DNA from: Lytechinus pictus
Taxonomy: Eukaryota
NCBI RefSeq assembly: GCF_037042905.1
Contig: NC_087251.1
Span: 27,218,001-27,282,000 of the forward strand
DNA length: 64,000 bases
Direction: 5' to 3'
Positions 1 to 12,656 of the stretch are shown one piece after another. The first letter of the stretch is position 1; each line of letters opens with the position of its first letter. Below the pieces are notes generated by a model that searched no databases, had not been told where the DNA came from, and worked only from the letters and a program-made list of their open reading frames with translations. The position numbers were made by a program, and so were the translations under genes.

Positions 1-1
1 T

Positions 2-805
2 TTGGGAACAGATGGAAAATTTCTCTCATATTTTGATTTTCAACGCAAATACAATGTACACGTCAATTTTCTTCAATATCATGGCCTGTGCAGCGCCATT
101 CGATATGGTTTCAATAAACATGTAATACCAAAAGCTATGGAACCTATTATTCCAGAAGCATTATTTTTGATAATTAAAGTAAAAAAAGGTTGTGCTCACA
201 TTTACAATATTTTTTTGAAGTATAAGTTGAAAGATTGTAAAAGTCTCATCAAATGGAAACAGACGTTTGACTTTGACAACACGATATGGAGGTTCTACTA
301 TCAAATACCTTTTTATTCAACTGCAGATGTCAACATGAGATGGTTTCAGTTCAAAATAGTGAATAGAATTATTTATATGAAAGATGCTTTGTTACGATTT
401 AAATTTGTTACAGATAACTTATGTACCTTTTGTTATAATTATGAAGAAACTATTATGCATATTTTTTGTTCTTGTGCCCACACAAACGAAATATGGTCTC
501 AACTCGAAATTTGGTTTTCTCGTAACAATTTGAATATCAAAATTTCAAACCAGAATAAACTATTCGGTTTTTACGGAAACAACAATGGTGCTCTTAATTA
601 TATTTTTATAATCGTTAGAAAAGAAATTTTTGCAGCAAAATGCAAACACTGTCTTCCAGTTTTCGACCATATTTTGTCTGAAATAAAATCTTATTATGGT
701 ATGGAAAAGTATATATATAAAACAAATCTGAAAGAGAAGAAATTCATAAAAAGGTGGTCATCTTTTACTTTATTACATTAAGTATATCAGATATCATTCT
801 AAAAT

Positions 806-847
<42 letters not shown>

Positions 848-1030
848 TATGGATTTTTTCTTTCCTTTGCACTTTGATTTTGCTTTTTGTATACAAATGT
901 TACGACAATTTCATGGAATATTGTATTGTACATATTCAACTTGTGTGTCATATACTGTGTTAATTATTTAATCATGTATTGTCAAAAAATATGTATTATA
1001 GTGATTTCAATAAAAGACCCCTGTGGAAGG

Positions 1031-1061
<31 letters not shown>
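2..1061 (+). mobile_element. 3' end of a non-LTR retrotransposon (L1/Tx1-type): ORF2 C-terminus with zf-RVT domain (2-781), 3' UTR and poly(A) tail
   Basis: ORF 2-781 has W(R)..FQFKIVNRI and the CCHC zinc knuckle CTFC-x4-ETIMHIFCSC typical of L1/Tx1 ORF2 C-termini. It is followed by (TA)n at ~812-843, AATAAA at 1009-1014 and A27 at 1035-1061. It lies antisense within an intron of the RGS22-like gene. The 5' end is outside the window. Confidence 0.88.
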
Positions 1062-1277
1062 TTGGTATTCTTCATTAGTGTGATCCCACAGTTCCGAATT
1101 CTAAATTTTAGTTCAATATAATAGGGTCAGGGGCTCCCTCAAATTTTCTGATTTTTTTTGGCAATAATAGGCGTGGCTGCCTTCATTCGAACCTTTGCAT
1201 CTCAGAAACCACTGAATATATATTGTAAAGAACATGTTGGGGCTTAGATGATGTGACTTCAAACATCTTATACTTAC

Positions 1278-4200
1278 TTAGCCCAAGCATGGGTGGCATA
1301 CTAATACATCTTGATCCTGGCCGCAAGTGTTTGAACAAGAAGAGTCTGTCAGCATCACCAGGCCAGCTGAAATCACTGTCGTTCTCATAGGCAGATGCTT
1401 CATGGCTTTGGGCTAGGCTCATGGAAGTGCTAGAGTAGCTAGCCGTCTCTCGGCTGTACCCTCTAAGGCCTCGGCTACTTGGACGGCTGGTTGATCGACG
1501 CTCTTCGAGAGGACGGATAAGAAGCTTGCATAGTTTGTATTCTAGGAAGAGCTTTGTTCTGTGTTAGATTGGCAAAGAAAAAGAAGAATATATCATCTGA
1601 ATTAGAAATTGTACAGGAATGATAAAAAGGCCTTTATCATCACAAATTTTCAAATGTTAAGGCATCATAATAACTATCCTAAAGAATTATATTCATCAGT
1701 TTGATAAACTAATCAAATATTTAAATTAAAATACATACTCCACTTTTAAAACAAAAATGCAAACATGTTTTGAGACAGATTTAGGCTTGCTTCTTGCGAC
1801 AATAAATTAATATAAGGTGACTCTGTTTAAGTCACATCTCATTGAGCTCATGTTCGACTTAATTTTATTTTATTGAACTCACGTTCGCAAAATTTGACTT
1901 TCAAGATGCTAACATACATTTTGCATATGATATTCTGTTCTGAAATAATACTTTGAATTAAGCGATTATTATGGAAGGTCAACCCATCCAGATTCTATCA
2001 AAGTTAAAACTGATCTACAATTGCTCATTTACAATTCACAATTGCAATCAATTGCAAAATAATTTTCTTACAACATCCCAAAAAAGGAATATTGAAATCC
2101 GTTTCCGATTCACCTGAGAAATAGCGGTAATCTTTCCCTCCTGGCCCAATCCATGATCCTCTCCCTCTCCGCATCCCCTGGTCCATAGTACCTCCTCCTG
2201 GGGTCTCCACCAGAAGAATGCACTGCTCCATATGGAGAATCATCCTCTACCTCCTGGAAGGAGCCAGTCAGGCGATTGTAGTAGAGTGGCTGGGGGAAGG
2301 CCTGATATGACAGATTAGAATATGATGAAAATGAGACACCTCACTCTAGACTTACTACTTAGAATCATACGCTTGATTGCTACAATGTAACAATGAATAA
2401 ATCAGTTGGATTTTAGGTCTTATTTGAGTGTGTTTTAACTATGATGTGCTGATTACGTTCAAATCATATAATCCAAGTGTGTCATTATACAAATATATTT
2501 TGATATTACAAATGAAAATGGAAAGACAGAGAAAACAAAAGGATAAAAACATCAACATTTTTTTGAGGTAATGGTAAACATTAACAAACATGAAAATGAT
2601 ATACTTATGAATATAATATCAAGAAAAAGGTTACAAAATAACAGAGAGAGAGGAAGAAAAAGAAAATATCTAGAGAAAACAATTAAATCTAACTCTTTCA
2701 GAAGATAAAGAAAAAGTTTTAATGAAAATGATATTAGTTTGTAAATAAAATATAAACTTAAAAAGACAGGAATACTCACTGGATATTGAAGAAATGCATT
2801 GAAGTAATCTAAGAAGAGATCATCATAGGCAAGAAGGGAATCAAAGTTGTCTTCATTAACTTCAATGGCTGTTAATGGATAAAAAAAAACACAAACATAA
2901 TGTTCATTCAGTCATGAATTGCCTGAAATTTGAAATGTTAAGCTTTTCTGTAATATATTTTGTTCTAAATGTTTTGCCACAAAAAGAAATTTGCATCAAT
3001 GTTTGTAAAATATATCTGTATATTATTAATTGCAATGTTCATGTATATGCATATTCAACTTCCATCTCAATATTTCATAAAATCTTGAAATGTATCGCTA
3101 TGTTTTGCAGCCGTGATTCAACATTCTTGCCCTCTGTTTAACAAAGCACATTCAAAAGTCAGTGCATGAGTGAGCTTCTGAATCATGCTGTGCCACACGC
3201 GATATGCAATGCAACAAAATAATCGTCGAAAATCAGACTTTTGGGAAACGCTAGCCTAACTTAAAGCAATTATATTAAAAACCGCAAAAACTATTCCAGA
3301 TGATTCCACCACCATCTTGGCCTATATCAAAGAAAACAGACGAGCAATTGTTGGGACTGTGTCGAAGAAGGAACAGGATCTGGGTAACCTGTAAGATACA
3401 ATAATCTTTCTTAGAATAATAACAGTAATTTAATACGTAGAAGAAATCTCCGTAAAATATACTTCAAAAATGGGAGAGTAAAGATTGAGGAAAAGAAAAG
3501 GAAAGAAAGGAGGAAGGAAAAGGTTATGAGTTGGCGGTCGCCATTAGATCTACACCCACCAAAAAAAAAAAAAAAAACATGGGTTAATAGCCAGCAAATA
3601 AAAACCATGCAGTGTTTGATCCCCTGCCTGCTGCCCAAGTGATTAGCCCATTAACATTGGGCAACTACTTTCCATGACAAAACCAAATGTCAAGATGGCG
3701 GTGTGCCCATCAAAATTTTTTTGAGTGTTGGAAAGATTTTTTTTTCTTGTTCTTTGCTTTTTTAAATTCTCTTGGAATAAAAATAGAGGTCTATCCTAAA
3801 TCAATCCCTTTGGCAATTGTAATTTGCATAGTCAAGGTTACATGTATGTTTATCAATCAATAATCTATTAATTTGTAATGAAGACAGAATCTAGTGTTTA
3901 TTGTTTTTTTTTTCAAACATGTGATATTTTCTGCATTATGCACTTAGCATTTTCATTTATTGAATGTCTTGTATCTATTTTACCATTCTGTTGTGTCCAG
4001 TTTTAATTATATAATTTTCTTTGTATATGATTTATACTATGACTTTGTTTTAGTTTAATTTTCAAATACATGAGATTGAGAGATGAATATAAATCCTTAC
4101 AAATGTAATTGTAGGTTATCTTGATACCAAGGCGTACGGCTGCACTGTAGTCTACAAAGTCAAATTACAATTCCATTCTCACTGCTTTCAGAAGAGTTAC

Positions 4201-7200
4201 AACTGCAATCTATTATGGTCCATTCTTTGTCTGAAAATTACTGTATGCTAAAAATAATTTATCTCCAATTTGAGCACATTTTTTTAACCATTAAAAGCTC
4301 TTTGAAGTTATTTTTTTCTCTAATGAATTTACAGTCAAAAGTTTTGAACAACAAAATTTCACAATTTTTCTTTGTTTCATTTTTTTGCCAGGAATTTCAA
4401 AGGTGTTTTCATGCCAAGACTACTCGAATAAATAATGGATGCACAACTAAGATCTGAACTACCAGCTGACATGTCAGCCAAAAATGCTTAGGTGACCATT
4501 ACTCTGTAGTCCACAGAGATCACCAGAGCAAATTTCACATCAGACACTGGCTGTCGTAGCTGTCAAACACCTCAGCTGCCTTTGTGGTTGTGTCCTGGTT
4601 GTCTGTGCTCCTGATCTTGACCAGGCCCATTATCCAGCAGTAAAAATAAAATACCAAGAAAGAAACGAAAAGATTTATGCTCATGGTTTGACTGTTTCAT
4701 GTTTGTGACTTCTGTTCTTGTCTTTGTGTGTATTTTGATTTGTTTTGTTTATGTGTTCAATACTCTATGTGGATTTTTTTTCCTTCTCTTCTATTTTTAT
4801 TTTTTATATTCATATATATATTTTTTTCTTGCTGAAGTTTATCGTTCATTATTTTCAATAGAATTTTTCATTAACAAGTGTTTAATTTACACAAGTTTGT
4901 GAGAAAGTAGAATAAATTTTATTTAACAGGAAAATGGCAATGGAAGGAATCGCACCAGACCCAGGGAAATTACTGGCCACTATCAAAGAAGGAAAAAGTG
5001 TTACCAAAGGAGAAATGTTGAACGCATATCATACAGAGAAAGAAATTCTGCCAGAAGTTGCCAAAATCTGGGATGTGAATGAGCGCACTGTTGTTCGACA
5101 AATAGAGCGACTCAGGGACAAGCTAGCTTCAGTGAAAAAAAAATTCAACAGGCCAGGTACCAAGGAAAAAATTGCTGCCTTCATGGAAGAACCATATCCC
5201 ATTCCTACTCCTTCATCCACCCATCCAGCTCTAAAGCCCTTGACAGATTCATGTTCGAATTGTCAGCAACTATTGAAGATTTCTGACTCAAATAAGTTGG
5301 ACTATCAAGACAAGCTTGAGCAGATCACAAAGAACCATGATATAACAACCAAAGAGCTTCGGAAAAAACTAGCAAAAGCAAGAGGCCGAGCTTAGAAAGG
5401 GAGGGAGAAAAGACTTGCAAAGGAAATTTCAAAGAGCTAAGAAGAGTCTGCAGCATTATAGAGAGCAGTTCAAATTATTGTCATCGAAAGCCAAAAAGCT
5501 AGAAGCAGGGGGAAAAAATGCTGAGAGGAAAGCAGAGAAGTACAGACAAAAGAACATTGCCTACAGAGGAAATTGTTCTCTACGATTCATACAGGTACAC
5601 ATAACTCCGCTTTGCCTCCGCAACAGGATTCCGATGTGGTACATCTTCTTGAAAAAATTGAAACACTTCAAGATGAAATTAAAAGGCTTACTGTTCCGAT
5701 TCCCAAGAAAGAAGGAAAACAATTCAACACTAGCGTACGCGAAGCATCATTTTATCTACAGGTTAGTGTTCTTTTTGGTCATTGATTCATTGATATATGA
5801 GAAGTGAACCCAAAGAGGTATAGAGCTTTTGGGAAATTAAAAAAAAAAAATCCTGTCTATATCTGATTTTGCCAACACATGATTTTTTCCTTCTATTTAA
5901 ATTCAGATACATGTATGCCATTTTTTTTTGGAGGGGGCTTGTCAGAAAAGGGGCTTCATTGTCGTTTCAAACAGCACCCCCCCCCCTGAAAATCATTGAT
6001 CCCTGAAAAGGGTAAACTTTGTCCAAGTTTGCAACCCTCCCCCTCCCTCAAAAAAAAAATACTACTGAATTTATGGTATAAAAATGAATTATTAAAAAAA
6101 AAATACAAACCTTTCCAACTGAAATTCTGGGATTAATCCTCCAAGCCCCACACCCCCCCCCCAATTATTTACGCCCCTGCTTAATAGTGAAGCATGTGAT
6201 ATGAAGCTATTCAAAATTCCTCTTAGAAAAGACAAAGTTCCAAAATTGGAAGCAAACAGTTATAATTTATTTTTTACAGAAAATTTCAAGATGAAAAGAC
6301 TTGGGAATATTTTTTTATTTTTTTTCTTCTATTTATTCTATCTTATTATTATTATTATTATAATTATTATTATTATATATTTTTTTGCTTGCTTGTTTGC
6401 TGACTTGAATAATTGTACCCCACAGGCTTTACTCTTGTTATATTTTTAATGACATTTTTATTGAAGTTGGCATGGAGCTAAATTTGCATGAAATAAAGAA
6501 GAATCACGTGAATGAAACATATTAGTAAAATTTTGACAAAAATCAATCCAAAAATAATATCTGAAGTTTTCAATATTTTTTTGTTTTGTGATGTCACATC
6601 CACCGCATCCAAATCGCCGTTGGGTAGCGTATGCACTGCCCGTACCCGGTACCGTGCAGATTACATCATGCGACTCGTCGAGCAAAGCAGCCGTCTACTA
6701 AGCTCGCTAGTAACACGCTGGTGTAAGATATCAGTCCGATCGGGAGCTTCCGTTCGAAATGGAGATATGGAGATAATCTCCATTTCGAACGAAAGCTCCC
6801 GATCTCCATTTCGAATGGAAGCTCCCGAAAATCAATGCCTCTTCTCCAAAAGCCTTCCACCTGAGACTGGCGGAAGGCCAGAGCTAAATCAGATGGGACT
6901 TTTTACTTGCACCTGTATATATTTTGCACTGCACACCTAAACCTGGCCATACACACATGCCAAATAAACCATCTGCAAGAATCTTCAATCCTGAAGGAGG
7001 CAGATTTAACCTGAAGAAGAAGATCGGACTGATACCTTACAAATTTGCTCCTTTGGCCAATACCAAACAGAGAAGCACCCCGCAGGAGAAGCACTGCGCG
7101 CTGCCAAAAGTCTGCAGCGACGTCTTATTTGAGGCTAAGGAGGTGCGAGTCATAGCCACTCTGGTGCGCCCGCACACGAGATGACGTAATGTTATTGAGT

Positions 7201-8002
7201 CGCGTAGGTTCATAAATTTCTGCCACTCCGAGAATTGAAAAACTCCAGTCAAGGTAGGCAGGTTTACAATTTATTTTTATCCATAACTAGCATTCTGTGG
7301 TTATAAAAATGTTGTTTTTATGTAAATTAGGTGTGTTTGAACATATTCTGAATGATAATTTATTACAAGTTCTAATTTGAAAATTTCAATGATGAAGCCT
7401 AAGTCATACAGTCTACCAAAGTCTACAGTATACAATGAAAAGATTGGACACTTCACAGACTTCGCGTAATGCCTTGTCGATTTGCGTGTACAATAGTTTA
7501 GGTGCCTAGTCTTTCCCTTGTCGTGTCTTTGATATGAATATAAATCGCGCGCTCTCTTTAGGCCAAAAATTGATTTCGTCGCTGAGCGAAGGGCATCTCC
7601 GTGAAATCTTCACTGAAGATCAAGAAAAAATACATTTTTTTTAAGGAAACTAAGTTCAAAGAGAAGTCACCAAAGCAAAGCCGGTTCGGTCAGTGTCATA
7701 GCAGAATGTGAAATCCAAACTTGTGACGTTATCATATTTTATTTGGGCAAAAGCCCATGATATATATTTGCATGTGTCATGTGTGTCGCGTGCATATGAT
7801 ATTCCTTCGCACGCGAGATGAAATGAACCCATGGCATGGGTGAACAAGGCCGTGTCGACGTGTCCCGGTCGGTCAGGCCAACTGCAACAAAAAATTCAAC
7901 AGGTGGGACTACATAGTAATACACTTGATTTTCGAGTTTGACTACAAACACACGCTCAAACTTCACGTTGAATGCATCATAATGATAGTACTTACGCTTC
8001 AT
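1278..8002 (-). CDS. RGS22: RGS22-like regulator of G-protein signalling (RGS22/RGSL1 family), 5' exons; gene continues off the left edge
   Basis: Phase-compatible GT-AG exons 8002-7996 (ATG AAG C, tentative), 2868-2780, 2301-2114 and 1558-1278 give MKPIEVNEDNFDSLLAYDDLFLDYFNAFLQYP/AFPQPLYYNRLTGSFQEV...IMDWARRERLPLFLR/TKLFLEYKLCKLL. This matches the recalled RGS22 N-terminus (EDSLATDDFLVDYFNEFLSLPTF...IKWIKKERLPAFLESDCYFEYRLAKLV). Orthology versus RGSL1 or another paralogue is untested. Confidence 0.75.
4934..5761 (+). pseudogene. Decayed gene fragment, probably the N-terminal half of a DNA-transposon protein (basic coiled-coil region)
   Basis: Acceptor ..TTTAACAG at 4929 just before ATG 4934. 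Collinear ORF pieces 4934-5395, 5415-~5575 and 5573-5761 are broken by a stop and frameshifts. They end in KKEGKQFNTSVREASFYLQ at a donor-like GTTAGT (5762). Located antisense inside RGS22-like intron 1. Confidence 0.45.
6738..6828. repeat. 29-bp inverted repeat plus a third tandem copy
   Basis: GATCGGGAGCTTCCGTTCGAAATGGAGAT (6738-6766) versus ATCTCCATTTCGAACGAAAGCTCCCGATC (6776-6804), one mismatch. A further copy lies at 6801-6828. Confidence 0.85.
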
Positions 8003-9217
8003 TGTAGATTACGAATCATTTCCATATTCATTCATATCACCCAAGTTGTATTCAGTGTTTGGAAGACAACGAAATCATAAATTAATACTGACGTTTCGTC
8101 CCATTTCGACAGCTTTGAGATTTCAAGTCGCAACGCAAGTTAGACTCGTTGCGTAGAGTTTTTACATTTATCAACAATACCACATACAAGACCGCAATAC
8201 AGAAAGGAGCATCGATAAAAATCAATAAACTAACGGCTGGTATCAATTAATTTATAGACCAAAGTATACTGTATCCATGGATGCAAGCCACTCAATGTCA
8301 AAACATGCCCCCATGAAGTTAATGTTCGAAATATTTTCAAAAAAAATGATCAACCTTCTACTTACAGTAATTAAACATGATTTAAACCTCTAAAATCTAA
8401 TTAGGCGGACTATAACAGTTGGACAAGAGAATCAGTATCAACATGTTAGTTGCTTCAATTAAGAATTTGTTTTTATATTAATCGGATTTGGCCCTCAAGC
8501 ATTATTACAATATGGAGAAATATGTATTTCACCTCTATTACTTCTGCGCCATTTAGTGAACAGTAATTGATCTTGTAATCACTTTCAATTATCAGATTGT
8601 TGTTTAGCTGTTGTGATAAATTTGCCATCTTTTTTTTTTCTTTTCGCTTGTTTGTAATTCTTGTAATTTGTTATTGATTGCTTTGATTGTTATTTCTATG
8701 AATCTTGAAAATCAATAAAGACTTAAATATATATTTAAAAAATTATCCCATTCATCATTGATTTAAAAAGGGTACATGAAATATGTGTTTGTGCAATAGT
8801 TGTTTCGAGCAAATATATTAAACAAACACATGCACTGCAATAAATACAAATACATTTTCAGATAAACATTCAGTCTTTCAAATATAGCTTTCAATTAAGC
8901 TAGTCGAAAGACTATATTGTCTATATCGGTATATGAATGTAAACTCAATGAAAGGGTCATTCTTATAAATATGATAGTTCGTATTATAGGCCTATTCATG
9001 ATGAGTCGGTAATAAACTATGTCTATATGATCAGTTATTCACAATGATACGGCATACATTCTCCAACGTAGACTAAATTAGAAGAAAGAAAGAAAGGTAG
9101 AAAGGAAGAAGAAGACAAATAATAATAAACAACACAGCATTTATTATGAGCCATATATCTAGTAAACTATTCCGAGGCGCAGAGGGATGGGGATTACAGA
9201 AAAAAGAAATGTTTGCT

Positions 9218-9413
9218 NNNNNNNNNNNNNNNNNNNNNNNNNNNNNNNNNNNNNNNNNNNNNNNNNNNNNNNNNNNNNNNNNNNNNNNNNNNNNNNNNNN
9301 NNNNNNNNNNNNNNNNNNNNNNNNNNNNNNNNNNNNNNNNNNNNNNNNNNNNNNNNNNNNNNNNNNNNNNNNNNNNNNNNNNNNNNNNNNNNNNNNNNNN
9401 NNNNNNNNNNNNN
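9218..9413. other. Assembly gap (N run)
   Basis: Run of N. Confidence 0.99.
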
Positions 9414-10526
9414 ACAGATATAGAAATGTATAGACGGATGAATGAGATGTGAAATTAAATTCAATCGGAGACGCATTTTACAATCCAAGTGCTGCATTGG
9501 CGATTCAACTTGTCGTTGCACTTAGCAATAAATGGCGCCACCAAATTTGTGGGTTAGAGGATGTATATGCATCCTCTATCCCACAAGACCACACCAACAC
9601 TTCAGTCGCTGTGCTGAGAGGGAGGCGGACTTACCTAATCAATAACAGTCAATGCTGGCGTAAGAGACAATGCAAGGAGGGATAGAGGTAAGCATAAATT
9701 GTGCACACGATTAATCGATCGCAGTCTCTATCGGAATTTATCGCTCGACAGCTACAAAAATAATAACTCATCGGTCATTCCAATGCTTTAAGGCCTGTAT
9801 AATTTCTCACACCAGTGGTAATTCAGAGGAATGTTCTCTTCTTTCTGTATGTTCTATGCCAGCAGAATAATTACTCAACTCATGTGATTATGATCACCAT
9901 GGATGACTCCGAAGGATAACTATTATTAATCTATTTTAGGATATTCACTGGAATATTTTCTTTGCATTTGCCGTTCGAACGGACTCTCTTCACGGATGAA
10001 TGGAAAATTTATGGTATGTTATACATATAGGTATTTCCCCCAGGGGTTTCTGAGTTTATTAAAGTAATGAATTGATCAACATTATTGTTATACAATGCGT
10101 AAGATAATCAAATGAAGAAAAAAAAACGTGAAAGCTATATAACAATAAACTGTTTTAATGAAAAGAAAAGTTGTCACCTTATTCGTCATCATTATCATTC
10201 TTACCATACTCTTCGTCTTCATCATCGAAGTTATGTTAATAAAAAAGTTATTGTGGCTGTTATGTTGTCAAGTAATCTTGTCAGAACGATAGTCTTTTTT
10301 CAGTATGTAATTTCATAATATGAATGTTGTTATAATTAGGTATTTCAAGAAATTGCGGGGAATAACCGGGGGGGGGGGGGGAATAATAATTGTTAGTGTG
10401 GGTTTATGACTCGCTGTCATAGTTATTTCCATATTTTTGTTTTGTAGCATAAGAAAATAATAAAACCAAATCAAATCAGAAACAGAGTCAACAATTTCCA
10501 ATTTTTTTTAGCAAACGAAAAGACAT

Positions 10527-10660
10527 CAGGGTCCCGTAACACAGAGGTTAGCGATCAATCGTACGCTTGATTTTCACAATTATTATTGTACATTGTAGTC
10601 AATGCAATCAATCATTAAAAAATGTTCTACGATGATTGCTATAAGCTTTACGGGTCCCTG
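10527..10660. mobile_element. Short MITE (PIF/Harbinger-type); degenerate second copy at ~52782-52900
   Basis: Ends CAGGGTCCCGTAA...TTACGGGTCCCTG. The internal sequence (AGGTTAG...AAAAAATGTTCTA.GATGATTGCTA) recurs at 52782-52900. Confidence 0.65.
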
Positions 10661-12075
10661 GAGTACTTATTCACTGCTCTTAGATTAGTTCATGCTGAAC
10701 TATGTATCACAGATAACATGTAACTTATGTTTTTTTTTACTATTAGGCCTATAAATAGATAACAGAACACGTGAATATGCAAAAACCTTGAATTGATGTA
10801 GGCTATACTGACATGCCTCGAGTAATATCTATTATGATTTAATTGCATGTTCCTGACAAGCATGTAACACTGCTATATTGTTTTCGCATGTTTATATACA
10901 GCAAGGGGAATTTCTGTTTTGTATTATGAAGACCATTGGTCCAATGAATAAAATAGATAAAGGTTAACAAAATAAAATAAATTCATTATAATTATTTAAT
11001 TGTATTATCATTATATTATTATTATATAGAAATCGTTTACATGGTGTACAGCGTTATCACATTATCCATGCTGGTGTGCATACGATGTTTGGTTGAAGTT
11101 GAACACTGCAGAACTTTAAAATGCCACCATTGTTATTTCAAACCTGATTTTGCTAGACCTTAATAAGAAATCTTGTCTCTACTTGGGGTGGACTTGTCCT
11201 TTTTAGTATACAAGCACGGATTTATCAACACATGGTATAAAAAGGGAGTTTAATTTGATGTAATCATAAGATCGACCCCGTCTATTAAGTCATATTACTT
11301 TCGGTACATCTAATAGATTCCAAAAGTCATAAATAAGATATCTATGACGACTGTGATACTAATTATACATCACTACTATCACCACAATGTAATATGCACC
11401 CGATCAATTACAAACACATCAAACACATCGGGCATTATACTGCATTCGGGATTGTGGAATCTGAGGATGGGGCACTGACATAATGGGGTACATTCATTCT
11501 CTGATAATACACTGGCGTCTAAATGGGGGGCTTGGGTGTCATGCCTCCCTAAAAGTTCCACTACCAGGTTAAAAAAAGAAGAAAATTAAAGGAAATGAGC
11601 GTAGAAAGGTTAGAATATGATTTTACATACCAAATCTATTGTCGGAATCTTTCCCCAAATTAGCCTTTTCTTTCATCAAATAAGGTCAATATCATTTACC
11701 CCTCAAACTTTTTCGGCTCTTTAAACCACTGATATATGTATAATAGGCATAGATCATGAATGTTCACCTGAAAAGATGGACTTCCTTTTTCACTTTGCGT
11801 ATACATGTCTTCCCCATCTCCCTTTATTCTGGTGAAGTGTAATTTCAAATTCAATTAATTATTCTTATTAGATATTAAATTAACAAAATTAACAAAATGG
11901 CTCATACATCTGAAACACAATCATATGCTTTACTCGTGTATAACTTTCTCACATTATTTAGAAAAAAAGTTTGCTATTCAAACGGGGTATCTTCATATTT
12001 GTAATTGTCGCTGAACGGCCCTTAATTTCATCCTAGATAGAACCCAAGTAAGTTAGACAACCGCGGACCCTTTCC

Positions 12076-12203
12076 TAGTCTAGATCTAAACGTTAGCAGT
12101 TATTTGCTTGGAAACCCCTACATCAGTCCTCTCTGGTGAAAAGAGAGAGGACTGATGTAGGGGGTTTCCAAACAAATAACCTCTGACGTCCAGATCTAGA
12201 CTA
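12076..12203. mobile_element. 128-bp palindromic MITE with TAG...CTA termini and 9-bp TSD (Academ/AcademH-like)
   Basis: Near-complete fold-back TAGTCTAGATCT...CCCCTACATCAGTCCTCTCT / AGAGAGGACTGATGTAGGGG...AGATCTAGACTA. Flanks are ACCCTTTCC (12067-12075) and ACCCTTTTC (12204-12212). Confidence 0.75.
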
Positions 12204-12478
12204 ACCCTTTTCATGAATGACGTGTTTCCATATAGCATTCTAAAAATGCCACTGTAACGGATAGCCTATACACGATGAAATCAAGAGTATCCCGATTGGT
12301 TTTAGCAACCCTGACCAACGATGACAGGCCCATAGCTTGTGACATTTCCATTACCCCTTATACCAGTGATGAGATGCATGCACGATGACAGGTTTAATAC
12401 AGGGATAGCAGGACTATCATCGATCCCGTTTTTAGGAGGGGCACGGGTTGCAACAGGGAATTTCAATAGGAGGGGGAA

Positions 12479-12656
12479 CCGGGTGGGTGTTTCATAAAGC
12501 TGTTCGTAAGTTAAGACCGACTTTAAGAAAGACTGGTGAACCTTATACGCGCGTAACCATCGCCAATGAATATATACCATTTACCACAATAAAGGATCAC
12601 CAGTCGTTCTTAAAGTCGCTCTTAACTTACGAACAGCTTTATGAAACGGCCCCCGG
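12479..12656. mobile_element. MITE with ~55-bp TIRs (PIF/Harbinger-type)
   Basis: GTTTCATAAAGCTGTTCGTAAGTTAAGA.CGACTTTAAGAA.GACTGGTGA is mirrored at ~12597-12648. Confidence 0.8.

Noticed and set aside
3300-3388. Minus-strand acceptor suggesting an extra RGS22-like exon
   Set aside because: The phase-1 frame hits TGA after about 20 codons and shows no family similarity.
6512-7252. ORFs 6512-6940, 6924-7184 and 7037-7252
   Set aside because: No recognisable domain; openness is explained by local GC richness and the inverted repeat.
9146-9521. ORFs spanning the first N run (also 39108-39426)
   Set aside because: Artefacts of assembly gaps.
9890-10015. Signal-peptide-like exon ending at GTATGT
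   Set aside because: In-frame stop between the ATG and the hydrophobic stretch, and no downstream partner exon found.
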